Part shown: positions 35,451-44,887 of the stretch, piece after piece
How the letters are laid out: each line of letters begins with the position of its first letter
How positions within the stretch are numbered: position 1 is the stretch's first letter
NCBI GenBank assembly: GCA_023653025.1
Contig: JAMNXS010000001.1
Span: 10,490 to 74,489 of the forward strand
DNA length: 64,000 nucleotides
From: Burkholderiaceae bacterium
GTDB taxonomy: Bacteria > Pseudomonadota > Gammaproteobacteria > Burkholderiales > Burkholderiaceae_D
Direction: 5' to 3'
Made by a program: the position numbers and the translations under genes
Notes under the pieces: generated by a model
What the model saw: only the letters and a program-made list of their open reading frames with translations
Database searches by the model: none
What the model was told of the DNA's origin: nothing

Positions 35451-36854
35451 TCAGTGCGCTGCGGCAGCCGCGGCCGGCTGCGCAGTCGGGATGGATGAGA
35501 AACTCGGCGCCGCTACGGCGCTGCCGCCGTGAATGGCGAGCTGCAGGTCGCTGTCGGCGATCCAGTAGTCGCGCTGCGCATCGATGGCGGCGTTCACACT
35601 GGCGATCTGCGCGCGCGCATCGGCCAGCAGTTCAAACACGCTGGCGAGCATGCCGTTGTAGCGCAGCAGCATTTCATCCGACATGCGCTTGCGCAGCGGC
35701 ACGATCTCGTCGCGATAGCGGCGGGCGACCTCGTACTGGGAGAGCAGCAGCGAGTGGCCCTCGCGCACCTCGGAGCGTGCCTGCAGCGCGCTGTCGGCGG
35801 TGCGCTGCAGCGCGCGCAGGTAGATGGCCTCGGCCCGGCGCACACGCGCGTCGCCCCAGTCGAACAGCGGCAGCGACAACTCGACCTCATATCCGTCTGC
35901 CCGTGGCGCGCCGCGCTCGCTGCGGTTCTGGTAGCCGAGTTCGAGCGCGTTGACGAAACGCGTGGTGCGCGTCAGCCCCAGCGTGCGGGCGCTGAACTCG
36001 GCCTCGAGCCGGGCCACCTGCACGTCGAGCCGCTGCGCCAGCGCGCGCCGTTCGGCGTCTTGCGGCGGCTGCAGCGTGGCCGGCAGGTCCGGCAGCCGGT
36101 CGGGCAGGCGGTAGCCCGCCTGCTCGCCCGACAGGCCCATCAGCCGCGTCAGCCGCTCGCGGGTGGCCGCGACCTGATGGCGCGCGCGGGTCAGCTGCGC
36201 GGCCACTTCGGCATGGAACACCTGTTCGCGCGCCGGGTCCAGGCGGCTCCAGTTGCCCGCGCCGGCCATGCGCTGCGCCAGTTCCGCGCTGGCCTCGGCG
36301 GCCAGCTCCGCCTGGGCCAGGAAGGCCAGCGACTGCCCGGCTGCCACCGCCTGGTACCAGGCGCGCCGCGTATCGGCGGCCGTGCGCACGACCAGCAACG
36401 CGGCCTGCAGTTGCGCGCCCTGGAAACGCTGCTGCTCGATCGCACGCCGCAGCGGCATCGTCAGCAAGCCGCCGAGGTCGAGCATCACGCTGCGTTCGAA
36501 TTCGGCTTCGCCGCCGCCGCTGATGCGGCCGAACGACACGCCGGGGTTGCGCAGCCGGCCGGCCTGGACGAGGTCGGCCTCGGCAATGCCCAGTTCAGCC
36601 AGCGCCGCTTGCAGCCGGCGATTGTTCAGCAGCGCCAGCTGGACGGCGGCGTCCGCATCCAGCGGCCGCGCCAGCAGGTCGGCGACCCGCGGCGACGATG
36701 TGCCGGGCGCGGAAGCTTCGACCGCATGGCCGATGCGTTCGCGGGTCAGCGAATTGACGCGGTTCAGTCCGCCGTCGGGAGAAAAGCTCGCGCAGCCCGC
36801 GAGCAGCGACAGCGCCGCGCACGCAGCCAGCGCCGATGTGCTTCGGATGTTCAT
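35451..36854 (-). CDS. TolC family outer membrane lipoprotein (copper resistance)
   Basis: Lipobox LLAGC, AVQLALLNN, LRYNGMLASVFELL; upstream of the multicopper oxidase. Confidence 0.88.
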   Translation of the reverse strand: MNIRSTSALAACAALSLLAGCASFSPDGGLNRVNSLTRERIGHAVEASAPGTSSPRVADLLARPLDADAAVQLALLNNRRLQAALAELGIAEADLVQAGRLRNPGVSFGRISGGGEAEFERSVMLDLGGLLTMPLRRAIEQQRFQGAQLQAALLVVRTAADTRRAWYQAVAAGQSLAFLAQAELAAEASAELAQRMAGAGNWSRLDPAREQVFHAEVAAQLTRARHQVAATRERLTRLMGLSGEQAGYRLPDRLPDLPATLQPPQDAERRALAQRLDVQVARLEAEFSARTLGLTRTTRFVNALELGYQNRSERGAPRADGYEVELSLPLFDWGDARVRRAEAIYLRALQRTADSALQARSEVREGHSLLLSQYEVARRYRDEIVPLRKRMSDEMLLRYNGMLASVFELLADARAQIASVNAAIDAQRDYWIADSDLQLAIHGGSAVAAPSFSSIPTAQPAAAAAAH

Positions 36855-36950
36855 GACTATCCTCGAGTCCGATATCGACACGGCAAGCTAGCCGTGCGAC
36901 AGGCCGGGCGCCGGCGCACAACAAGGCGCGCGCCGAGCCGGTTCCGCTGG

Positions 36951-37412
36951 TCAGGCAGCGGCGGAGAGGCGCGGCGGTCGCTCGGGACCGTCGGGAAGGA
37001 AGGAAGGAATCGCGAGCGGCGCGGCGGCAAAGGGCGCGCGGCTCATCGGAGTCGAGAGGGCTGCCGGCGCCGCCGGCGGCGGCGCTGCCGCTGCCAGCAG
37101 GCAGCATTTGGCGCAGGTCGGGCATTCGCCCTTCGCATGCTTGGCCTTGTGCGAGGCCGGCGCGACCTTGCCGGCCTTCTGCTTCGGCAGGTTTTCGTGA
37201 TGCGCATGCGCACCGTGCTGATGCGCAGCACCGATCGCATGCGCGACCTGCATGGGCGCGTGCGGCGCATGCACCGTGGCAGCCCCGGCCGCCGCGTGCG
37301 CCGGCGCTGCCGGCGGCATCATCGTGACCGCGCGCGCCAGCGCCGCGCCGGCTTGCAGCGGAAGCGCCACGCACAGCAGTGCCGCCATCAGGTAACGGGA
37401 GAAAAATCGCAT
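36951..37412 (-). CDS. His/Cys-rich exported metal-binding protein (CopL-like)
   Basis: Signal peptide, HQHGAHAHH, CPTCAKCC, C-terminal PERPPR. Confidence 0.65.
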   Translation of the reverse strand: MRFFSRYLMAALLCVALPLQAGAALARAVTMMPPAAPAHAAAGAATVHAPHAPMQVAHAIGAAHQHGAHAHHENLPKQKAGKVAPASHKAKHAKGECPTCAKCCLLAAAAPPPAAPAALSTPMSRAPFAAAPLAIPSFLPDGPERPPRLSAAA

Positions 37413-37491
37413 AGCCGTGATTAACCCACACTTCGATAAGGGATGCAATACGTCATTCGCGAACAGCCGCGCCGTAAAGATGCATGGCCGG

Positions 37492-38721
37492 TCAGCCGTC
37501 GCGGCCATCGACGCGCGGCCTCGCCAGCCGCGGCCCGTACACCGTCAGGTAGATTGCGAAAGACACACTCCAGCAGGCCGACGACGCAACCAGCAGCAGT
37601 TCGTAGGCCGACGCGCCCCATGGCAGCGAGGCCGACACGCGCAGCAGCGCACCGGCCTGCAGCAGCGCATACATCGCGACCTCGGCCGGGCCGGCGCGCA
37701 GCGGACGTCCGGTGTGGCCGAGCGCGGTGCGGGTGATCATGCCGACGATCAGCCCGCCGGTGGCGCCGACGCCAAGCGCATGGAAGGCGGCGCTTTCGCC
37801 GGACCAGCCGAGGGCCGACGCGGCGAGCAACGCAAAGCCGATCGCGATCCACAGGTAGGACAGGTGCAGGATCCACAGCAGCGGATGCGCAAGCACTTTC
37901 CACGGCTGATATCCGATGCCGCGCGCGGCCACCGTCAATGCGGCGGCCAGCGACAGCCCGGCCACCGACGGCTCCGGCAGCCCCAGCGACCATGCGGCCG
38001 CGGCCAGCGCGACGAGCGCAATCGACAGCCGGTCATGGCGCGGCCTGACCAGCGGCCTGGCCTGCGGCGCGGCATTCGCGGTAAACGAAGGAATCACGCG
38101 CGCGCCCATGACCACCTCGATCAGCACCACCAGCAGCAGCGCGATGCGCGGCGGATCGAGCGGGTTCAGGTCGAGCAGTCCGATGACCGTCGCATGAAAC
38201 AGCAGGTTGAGTCCGGCCATCGCGCCCAGCAGCGCCGGCAGGAAGAGATTGCGGCGATTGTCCGCGCGGCGCAGCAGGCGCCAGACGGGCCATGCAGCCA
38301 GCGGCAGGAAAGCGAGATCCGCCACGGCCGCCAGCGGCGGGGACGCGAACAGCATGGCCAGCCGTCCGGCCGCCCACAGCAGCACCAGCAAGGCGAGATG
38401 CGTGCCGCGCGGCGTCGGCATGCCGGTCCAGTTGCGGGCGGCGGTGTAGAGGAAGCCGACCAGCACCGCCACCGCAAACCCGAACACCATCTCGTGCGCA
38501 TGCCATGCAAGCCCCGGCGCGAGGCCGCCCGGCGCATGACCGAGAAACGCGGCGACCCACAGCGGCACGGCCAGCGCCGCCAGCAACGCAGCGGCCAGAT
38601 AGAAAGGACGGAAGCCCAGCCTCAGCAAGCCGACACCGGCAGGCGGGTTGTGCGGCCTGCCGCCGGGAAGGGTGAGGGAAATCGCCGGCGGCGCGGGCTC
38701 GTCGAGTTTCAGCAAGGTCAT
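37492..38721 (-). CDS. nnrS: NnrS family heme-copper membrane protein
   Basis: LGFRPFYL, WHAHEMVFGF, NWTG, GMITRTALGHTGR, PRVDGRDG. Confidence 0.92.
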   Translation of the reverse strand: MTLLKLDEPAPPAISLTLPGGRPHNPPAGVGLLRLGFRPFYLAAALLAALAVPLWVAAFLGHAPGGLAPGLAWHAHEMVFGFAVAVLVGFLYTAARNWTGMPTPRGTHLALLVLLWAAGRLAMLFASPPLAAVADLAFLPLAAWPVWRLLRRADNRRNLFLPALLGAMAGLNLLFHATVIGLLDLNPLDPPRIALLLVVLIEVVMGARVIPSFTANAAPQARPLVRPRHDRLSIALVALAAAAWSLGLPEPSVAGLSLAAALTVAARGIGYQPWKVLAHPLLWILHLSYLWIAIGFALLAASALGWSGESAAFHALGVGATGGLIVGMITRTALGHTGRPLRAGPAEVAMYALLQAGALLRVSASLPWGASAYELLLVASSACWSVSFAIYLTVYGPRLARPRVDGRDG

Positions 38722-38743
38722 GGCAGATCCGGGACGGAGGTTT

Positions 38744-38770
38744 TTAACATGCATTAATTATGCATGTTAA
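38744..38770. promoter_or_regulatory. NsrR-type operator between nnrS and the Rrf2 regulator
   Basis: TTAACATGCAT-TAATT-ATGCATGTTAA palindrome containing ATGCAT-N5-ATGCAT. Confidence 0.8.
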
Positions 38771-38818
38771 GATGGCGCCCATGAAAATGCAATCTCACAT
38801 TGGCAAGCCGGCGATGCC

Positions 38819-39259
38819 ATGCGCCTGACCTCGTTTACCGATTACGCGCTGCGCACGCTGATCTTCCTCGCGCTCGAGCCGGACCGGCTGGCGACCATCG
38901 ACGACATCTGCGGCGCCTACGACATCCCGCGCAATCACCTGGCCAAAGTCGTGCATTTGCTGGGGGCATCGGGCTGGGTGCAGACGGTCAGGGGCAAGGG
39001 CGGCGGGCTGATGCTGGCGGCCGACCCCGAAGACATTTCGGTGGGCAGCGTGATCCGGATCACGGAGAGCGATTTCCGGATGGTCGAGTGCTTCGATGCG
39101 GCGGACAATCGGTGCGCGCTGTCGCCGGCGTGCCGCCTGAAGTCCGCGCTGCGCGAGGCGAACGCCGCCTGGTTCGCGGTGCTGGACCCGCTGACGCTGG
39201 CAGACCTGGTCGCCAACGGCGGGCAACTGCGGCGCTTGCTGGCGACGGCCGGCGGGTGA
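38819..39259 (+). CDS. nsrR: Rrf2 family NO-sensing regulator NsrR
   Basis: MRLTSFTDYALRTL, RGKGGG, three Cys in VECF...NRCALSPAC; divergent from nnrS. Confidence 0.85.
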   Translation: MRLTSFTDYALRTLIFLALEPDRLATIDDICGAYDIPRNHLAKVVHLLGASGWVQTVRGKGGGLMLAADPEDISVGSVIRITESDFRMVECFDAADNRCALSPACRLKSALREANAAWFAVLDPLTLADLVANGGQLRRLLATAGG

Positions 39260-39262
39260 AGC

Positions 39263-39589
39263 TTATTCGACGGTGAATTCGAAGGTGTGCCGACGGCAGT
39301 CGAGCGTGTTGATGTAATACATGTCGAAGCGTGCGCCGGTCGCGGCGCCGGCGCGCATCCGTATGCTGTGGCGGCCGACGATGTCGCCCTCGCCGTCGCG
39401 CACGGCCACCCGCAGGCGGCCGCGAAACGGCTGCGCGGCCTTGTTCACCAGCACGCCGCCGACGTTGGTGTCGACGCAGTAGACGCGCTTGACGACGATG
39501 CCGGGATTGTTGGTCTCCAGCGTTTCGGCCGACGCCTGCAGGCACAGGCAAGCTGCAAGGACGACCCCTGCGGCGGTAATGCGCTTCAT
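39263..39589 (-). CDS. Exported hypothetical protein
   Basis: Signal peptide MKRITAAGVVLAACLCLQASA; RBS GGAGG; two Cys in the mature part. Confidence 0.6.
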   Translation of the reverse strand: MKRITAAGVVLAACLCLQASAETLETNNPGIVVKRVYCVDTNVGGVLVNKAAQPFRGRLRVAVRDGEGDIVGRHSIRMRAGAATGARFDMYYINTLDCRRHTFEFTVE

Positions 39590-39630
39590 CGTTGCCTCCT
39601 TCCCGATGACGCGCAGCCCTGTGCGGCGCG

Positions 39631-40710
39631 TCAGCCGATGCGGTATTGTTCCACGGCCCGCTCGTCCCAGACGATGCCGAGCCCCGGCCCTCTGGCAGTC
39701 ACGCAGCCCTGCTCGACTGCACAGGGTTCGGCCAGCACGGCCGAACCGAAATCCATGAATTCCAGCCAGTCGCAGGTCGGGGTCACCGGCAGCACATGCG
39801 CGCTGGCCTCGACGAACAGGTGGCTGGACACCGGCATCGACGCCGCAGCCGCGATGCCGGCCACCGTCATCCAGCCGCTGATGCCGCCGATCTTCATCAG
39901 GTCGGGCATCATCAGGTCGCAGGCGCCGGCCGACAGCGCGCGCTCCGCATCGCGCGGGAACCACCAGTTCTCGCCGGTCTGGATGTTCGCCTCGACCGCC
40001 TTCCTGACCTGCGCATGTCCGAGCAGGTCCTCCGCGATCACCGGCTCCTCGACCCAGTGCAAATCGACCGTCTCGAGCGCACGTATCCGGCGCACTGCGT
40101 CGACCGGCGACAAGCTCTGGTTGAAGTCGACCATGAGCGCGATGTCCGGCCCGATCAGTTCGCGCACCTCGCGCGCGATGCTCAGGTCGCGCCGGGGATC
40201 GTCGTGGCCGAGCTTGATCTTGATCGCCTTGAATCCCTTGTCCAGCGACGCGCGCAGCGCTGCCGCGTCATGCGCGGGGTCGACCATGCCGTAGCTGTCG
40301 TAGGCGCGCACCGGGCGCGCCCGGCCGCCGAGCAGCGTTGCCACCGGCTGACCGGCGGCCTTGCCCAGCGCATCCCAGTAGGCCATGTCCAGCGTCGATA
40401 CCAGCATGCCAAGCAATCCCTGCAGCCCGAGCAGCCGGAAGCGCGCCTGCATCTGCGCCATGCGCTCGACGGGAACCACGGCTTGCCCGACCAGTTCGGG
40501 ACGCAATTCGTCCACCAGCGCCAGCAGCGGCTTGAGCGTCGCCGGCGTGTAGCCGAACAGGTAGGCGCTGCCCGTGACTTCGTCGCTGGTTAGCACGTCC
40601 ACGAGGAGCAGCGGCGCGGCCTCGATCGAGCCGGAGGCGGTGCGCACCGGGCGCGGTATCGGCGCGATCACGGCGCGCGCGCAGATGTCGCGGATCTTCG
40701 GCAAATCCAT
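39631..40710 (-). CDS. Mandelate racemase / enolase superfamily protein
   Basis: KAIKIKLG, MVDFNQ, WVEEP, TGENW, PDLMKIGG, SSHLF. Confidence 0.88.
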   Translation of the reverse strand: MDLPKIRDICARAVIAPIPRPVRTASGSIEAAPLLLVDVLTSDEVTGSAYLFGYTPATLKPLLALVDELRPELVGQAVVPVERMAQMQARFRLLGLQGLLGMLVSTLDMAYWDALGKAAGQPVATLLGGRARPVRAYDSYGMVDPAHDAAALRASLDKGFKAIKIKLGHDDPRRDLSIAREVRELIGPDIALMVDFNQSLSPVDAVRRIRALETVDLHWVEEPVIAEDLLGHAQVRKAVEANIQTGENWWFPRDAERALSAGACDLMMPDLMKIGGISGWMTVAGIAAAASMPVSSHLFVEASAHVLPVTPTCDWLEFMDFGSAVLAEPCAVEQGCVTARGPGLGIVWDERAVEQYRIG

Positions 40711-40800
40711 GATCTGCACTCCTTTTCTGGATATCGGTTCGAGAGCGCAAAATTTTAGGCCAGCCGGGACAGCGGCGGCTTCGTGTTTTTTTGACCCCGG

Positions 40801-41124
40801 CTATCGCGCGGGTCGTTCGGCGTCCAGCACCGGATAGGAGTCCGACGTGTACTGCGGCCCCTTCATGATCATCACGATCAGGCAGCCGAGGGCCAGCGTA
40901 AAAATCATGGTCAGATGGAAAATCGCCAGCCCGATCAGCGTGTAGTTGAACGTGCGCAAATTGCGCGCGACCTGTTGCGGATCGCCATCCCAGGGCAGCA
41001 CCAGCGCCAGCCCCCAGGCCAGCAGCAGGGCCAGCAGGCCGGCCAGACACAGCGCGGGCAGTTTCCGGACGAGCTTCCATTCGAGGCCGGCCGGCGCGCG
41101 CACCGAGTGCGGATTTTTCTTCAT
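40801..41124 (-). CDS. Small two-TM membrane protein
   Basis: PAGLEWKLVRKLP, two hydrophobic helices, MKGPQYTSDSY. Confidence 0.65.
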   Translation of the reverse strand: MKKNPHSVRAPAGLEWKLVRKLPALCLAGLLALLLAWGLALVLPWDGDPQQVARNLRTFNYTLIGLAIFHLTMIFTLALGCLIVMIMKGPQYTSDSYPVLDAERPAR

Positions 41125-41193
41125 GGCGATCACCCCCGCGGGCCGAACAAAACAGGCTTTCAGCATACGCCCGTTTTTCGCATTGCGCCGCCG

Positions 41194-42102
41194 TCAGGGA
41201 AAGCGCACCCAGCCCTTCGGGTTTTCTGTCGGCTTCGACGCGGGCTTCGGCGCTTTGTGATCGGCGCCGGACTCGCTTTGTTCCGGCATGCCGGATGAAT
41301 GATGGCTGGCGATCAGCCATTCGCCGTCCACGCGCTTGTAGGAAAAGGTGTAACGCGCCCTGACCTGTGTGCCGTCGGCGAAGCGAAAGGTGTAGAGGCC
41401 GCTGTCGGTCGCGCTGTTGCAATCGACATCGATCACGCGATCGTCGATCCTGCCTTCGGGACGGCGTTGCAGGAAATGAGCAAAATACGCCTCCTTCTCG
41501 GCGACGGTGAAGCGCGCGCGGTTGGATACCGTGGGCAGTAGCACGGAGCCGGGTGCGTAATGGGCAACGACTTTTTTCGGGTCGCCGGTGCGCAGAGAGG
41601 CATTCCAGCGGTCGAACAGCGCCACGACTTCCGATTTGAACGGCGGATTGCAGTCGGCCACGCGCTGGGTGTCGGCCGGCGCGGCAGGTGCGGCCGGCTC
41701 GGGCTCGGGTTTGGCCTCGGCTTTGGGTGCCGGGTGCGCGGCCGCATCGTCGTGTGCGGCAGGGGGAACTTGCGCCGGCGCGGACCGGGCGTCGGGCGTG
41801 CCGGCCGGCTCGGCGGCCGGTGCGGCGGCAACCGTTGCGGCCACGGCCGGTGCCGCGGCAGCCGCGGGTGCGGCGGCCGGCACGATGGGATCTTCCGGCG
41901 CGAACTCGGCGGCGCGCGCGGCGGCCACGGCTGCGGCCGCCGCCGCCCTGTCCTTGACCCGCACACGCTTTATCCCGGGTGCCGTACCGGGCGCAGCGCC
42001 GGCGGACTCGGGCGCGCCGCGCGGGAGATCCGCAGCGCTGGCCGGCGTGGCCGCTCCGGCCAGCGCGAGGACAACGATCAGAGTCTGGTAGGTGTTCGTC
42101 AT
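41194..42102 (-). CDS. SgcJ/EcaC (NTF2-like, CaMKII association domain) exported protein
   Basis: LFDRWNASL, LLPTVSN, YFAHFL, SGLYTF, ARYTFSY, WLIASHHSSGMPE after a signal peptide and Ala/Pro linker. Confidence 0.8.
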   Translation of the reverse strand: MTNTYQTLIVVLALAGAATPASAADLPRGAPESAGAAPGTAPGIKRVRVKDRAAAAAAVAAARAAEFAPEDPIVPAAAPAAAAAPAVAATVAAAPAAEPAGTPDARSAPAQVPPAAHDDAAAHPAPKAEAKPEPEPAAPAAPADTQRVADCNPPFKSEVVALFDRWNASLRTGDPKKVVAHYAPGSVLLPTVSNRARFTVAEKEAYFAHFLQRRPEGRIDDRVIDVDCNSATDSGLYTFRFADGTQVRARYTFSYKRVDGEWLIASHHSSGMPEQSESGADHKAPKPASKPTENPKGWVRFP

Positions 42103-42448
42103 GGCTTTCCTCTGCCGAGAACCAGCGATCGCCCGGCCGTCAGCCGGCAGTGGCTGCCGACTCCGTGCCGCCCGGGCATCGCGTTACGCCCGCCCGGGTT
42201 TACAGGCGCGCCTTCATTATTCATTATCGAACCGGATCAGATTTTCTGGAGCGCCAGACGGCGAAAATTCCGGCCCGGCGGCGACATGGCGCCGGCTCCC
42301 CTCAAAGATTTCGGGTCGGCGACCGTTATGCTGATACAGGCTGCAGAACGAAGCCCGTGCGCACACTTCAGGCATGTGTCTGACAGTATGTATTGACGTC
42401 GCCGGCTTGCGCCCGCCGCGGGCCATCCATACCCTCAAGGAGAATTTC

Positions 42449-43051
42449 ATGTCTGACAAGCACCTCCTGCCGCTGACTGCCGATCGGCACGACACCGGCT
42501 GCCCTTGCTGTTTTCCGTCACCGGCCGCCGCGTCGCGCCGGCAATTCCTCGGCGCGGGCGCCGCGGCGCTGGCTGCCGGCGTTGCGGGCTTCATGCCGGG
42601 CCGCGCGTTCGCGGGCGGCGGCAATTACGAAGCCATGCTCGTCAATTGCATCGACCCGCGCTTCACCACGCTCAGCTGGCAGTACATGGGCCTGCTGTCC
42701 GGCGTCGATCGCGAGAAGCTCGGCGACAACTACAGCCACTTCGTGATGGCCGGCGGCCCGATCGGCGCGGTGCATCCGAAGTTCGCGCCATGGCACAAGA
42801 CCTTCTGGGACAACCTCGACATCACGGTCGGCCTGCATCACATCAGGCGCGTGGTGGCGCTGACGCACCGCGACTGCGGCGCGGCCAAGCTGGCGTTCGG
42901 CGCGGACAAGGTCGCCGAGAAGGAGATCGAAACGGTGTCGCATGCCGAGGCGCTGCAGATCTTCCGCAAGGAAGTCAATGCACGCCATCCGAAGCTCGGT
43001 GTCGTCACCGGCATCATGGACCTGAACGGCCGCGTGGACATGATCGGCTGA
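42449..43051 (+). CDS. Beta-carbonic anhydrase-like protein with Tat signal
   Basis: SRRQFL Tat motif; zinc-ligand motifs CIDPR and HRDCGA. Confidence 0.75.
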   Translation: MSDKHLLPLTADRHDTGCPCCFPSPAAASRRQFLGAGAAALAAGVAGFMPGRAFAGGGNYEAMLVNCIDPRFTTLSWQYMGLLSGVDREKLGDNYSHFVMAGGPIGAVHPKFAPWHKTFWDNLDITVGLHHIRRVVALTHRDCGAAKLAFGADKVAEKEIETVSHAEALQIFRKEVNARHPKLGVVTGIMDLNGRVDMIG

Positions 43052-43081
43052 CCGGCGGCGCCAGCCGAAGCCTTCATCCAC

Positions 43082-43348
43082 TCATTTGCGCCCGGCGAGG
43101 TAGCGGACGCCTTGCGGCCCGTAATGCTCGACATGCGGAATATTGGCGCCGAGCTGGAAGATGTCGCCGGCGCCGTAGCGGCGCGTTTGGCCCTCGGCCT
43201 CGATGGTGATCTCGCCGTCGATGACGAGCGCCCTCGCCTCGAACGGATGGGTGTGGGTGTCGAGCGACCCGTTCGGTTCGCGCTCGACCGCGACCACCGT
43301 GTCGATGCCGTCATCAGCCAGCCACTGCCTGAATTCCTGCTCCGTCAT
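43082..43348 (-). CDS. Cupin domain protein
   Basis: HTHPFE, GEI, PHVEHYGP. Confidence 0.8.
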   Translation of the reverse strand: MTEQEFRQWLADDGIDTVVAVEREPNGSLDTHTHPFEARALVIDGEITIEAEGQTRRYGAGDIFQLGANIPHVEHYGPQGVRYLAGRK

Positions 43349-43362
43349 TGCCGTCTCCTTGT

Positions 43363-44259
43363 TCATTGTTTTTCCATCAGCTTCACCAGCGTCCAGAGCG
43401 TCTGGTTTATCGGTGCCGGAATGCCGAGCGCCCGACCACGCCGGACGACATAGCCGTTCAGGAAATCGATTTCGTTCGGCTTGCCGCGGGCGACATCCTG
43501 TGCGGTCGACGAATACTGCCCGGCCATGCTGTGCGCGATGCGCCGCACTGCCTCGTGGCTGTCGCCCGTGACCGCGACGCCGTCGGCCGCGGCCACGCGC
43601 AGGCATTCATCGACGACAGCCTGCATCAGCGGCGGCACGCTGTCGATCTCGACCAGTTTGCCGTAGGGTTTTTGCGCAATGGCCGACAGCGCGTTGTACG
43701 CGCAGTTGACAATCAGCTTCGCCCATAGCGCACCGGCCACGTTGTCTGATACCTGCACCGGCACGCCGGCCCGCGCGAACGCGGCCACGATGGCCGCACT
43801 CGACGGGCTCTCGGCGATGACCAGTTCGCCGCGGCCGTGATGCTTGAGGTGACCGGGCCCCGCCATTTCGGTAGCGACGTAGACGACCGCCGGAATCACG
43901 GCTTGCGGCAGCGCCTGGCTGATGAGTTCGGCATTCTCCACGCCGTTTTGCAGCGACAGCACGACAGTGTGCTCGCCGAGGTGGGGCACGATCTCGCGCG
44001 CGGTCGCGACCGAGTCGGTGGACTTGACGCAGAACAGCACGACATCGGCGCCGGCCACGGCAGCGGCGTCGCTGCTTGCCTCGACGCGAACCGTATCGTC
44101 GAAGGTCAGGGTGTCGAGACGCAGGCCGCGCTCGCGCATCGCATCGACATGGACGGGCCGCCCGATCAGCCTGACCGGCACTCCGGCACGCGCGAGCATG
44201 CCGCCAAAATAGCAGCCGACCGAACCCGCGCCGACAACGGCGAACCGCAATGACTCCAT
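43363..44259 (-). CDS. panE: 2-dehydropantoate 2-reductase family
   Basis: VVGAGSVG, LSLQNG, WAKLIVN, SSTAQD, EIDFLNG. Confidence 0.85.
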   Translation of the reverse strand: MESLRFAVVGAGSVGCYFGGMLARAGVPVRLIGRPVHVDAMRERGLRLDTLTFDDTVRVEASSDAAAVAGADVVLFCVKSTDSVATAREIVPHLGEHTVVLSLQNGVENAELISQALPQAVIPAVVYVATEMAGPGHLKHHGRGELVIAESPSSAAIVAAFARAGVPVQVSDNVAGALWAKLIVNCAYNALSAIAQKPYGKLVEIDSVPPLMQAVVDECLRVAAADGVAVTGDSHEAVRRIAHSMAGQYSSTAQDVARGKPNEIDFLNGYVVRRGRALGIPAPINQTLWTLVKLMEKQ

Positions 44260-44388
44260 GAGTGGCCTTCCCCTTCGTTGCGATGAACCCGCCGACTATA
44301 ACCGATCAGGCGGGGAAGGCGATCCGGCAAAACATGGAAGCGGGCCTTCGCCTGGCGCGAAGGCGAGGCCCGGCAGCCCGGCGCCCTG

Positions 44389-44799
44389 TCAGGCGTTCAC
44401 GCGCTGGCTGGCGTACCAGCCGAAGTAGGCGGCGACGGCAGCCGTGCCCGCATGCAGCCAGATGTCATGGCTGTGCAGCGGTATCAGTCCGAACACGGTG
44501 TCGAGGCGGGGGAACAGCCCCATGATGGCGAGTACCGCATACAAGATGGCCAGCGAGCGCGCATAGGTGATCGCCGTGCCGTCGCCGCGCGCGGCCATCA
44601 CGCCCCAGGCGCCGATCGCGAGGTGTACCAGCGTGTGCGCGATGTTGACGGGGAACAGGCCGAGCAGGTTGCCGTGCAGGACGTTCAGGCTGACGCTGTG
44701 AGCCGGGTCGGGCGCGGTCAGCAAGGCAGGAAAGAAACCGGCAATGCCGACGAGCAGGTAGACGATGCCTGCGATCATCGCGAAGCGCTTGGTGCTCAT
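44389..44799 (-). CDS. DUF4383 family membrane protein
   Basis: GIAGFFP, LLGLFPVNIAHTLVHL, DIWLH. Confidence 0.8.
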   Translation of the reverse strand: MSTKRFAMIAGIVYLLVGIAGFFPALLTAPDPAHSVSLNVLHGNLLGLFPVNIAHTLVHLAIGAWGVMAARGDGTAITYARSLAILYAVLAIMGLFPRLDTVFGLIPLHSHDIWLHAGTAAVAAYFGWYASQRVNA

Positions 44800-44887
44800 G
44801 ACACGATCCTTTCACGAGGGTGCGGTTGAGCATGTGACCGCTGCCGCACGTGAACGACCGTATCAACGCGAAGGGTTTCGACCGGCA

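Noticed and set aside
33545-37424. Long plus-strand ORFs (802 aa and 631 aa)
   Set aside because: Antisense shadows of the multicopper oxidase and TolC genes; Arg/Ala-rich with no motifs.
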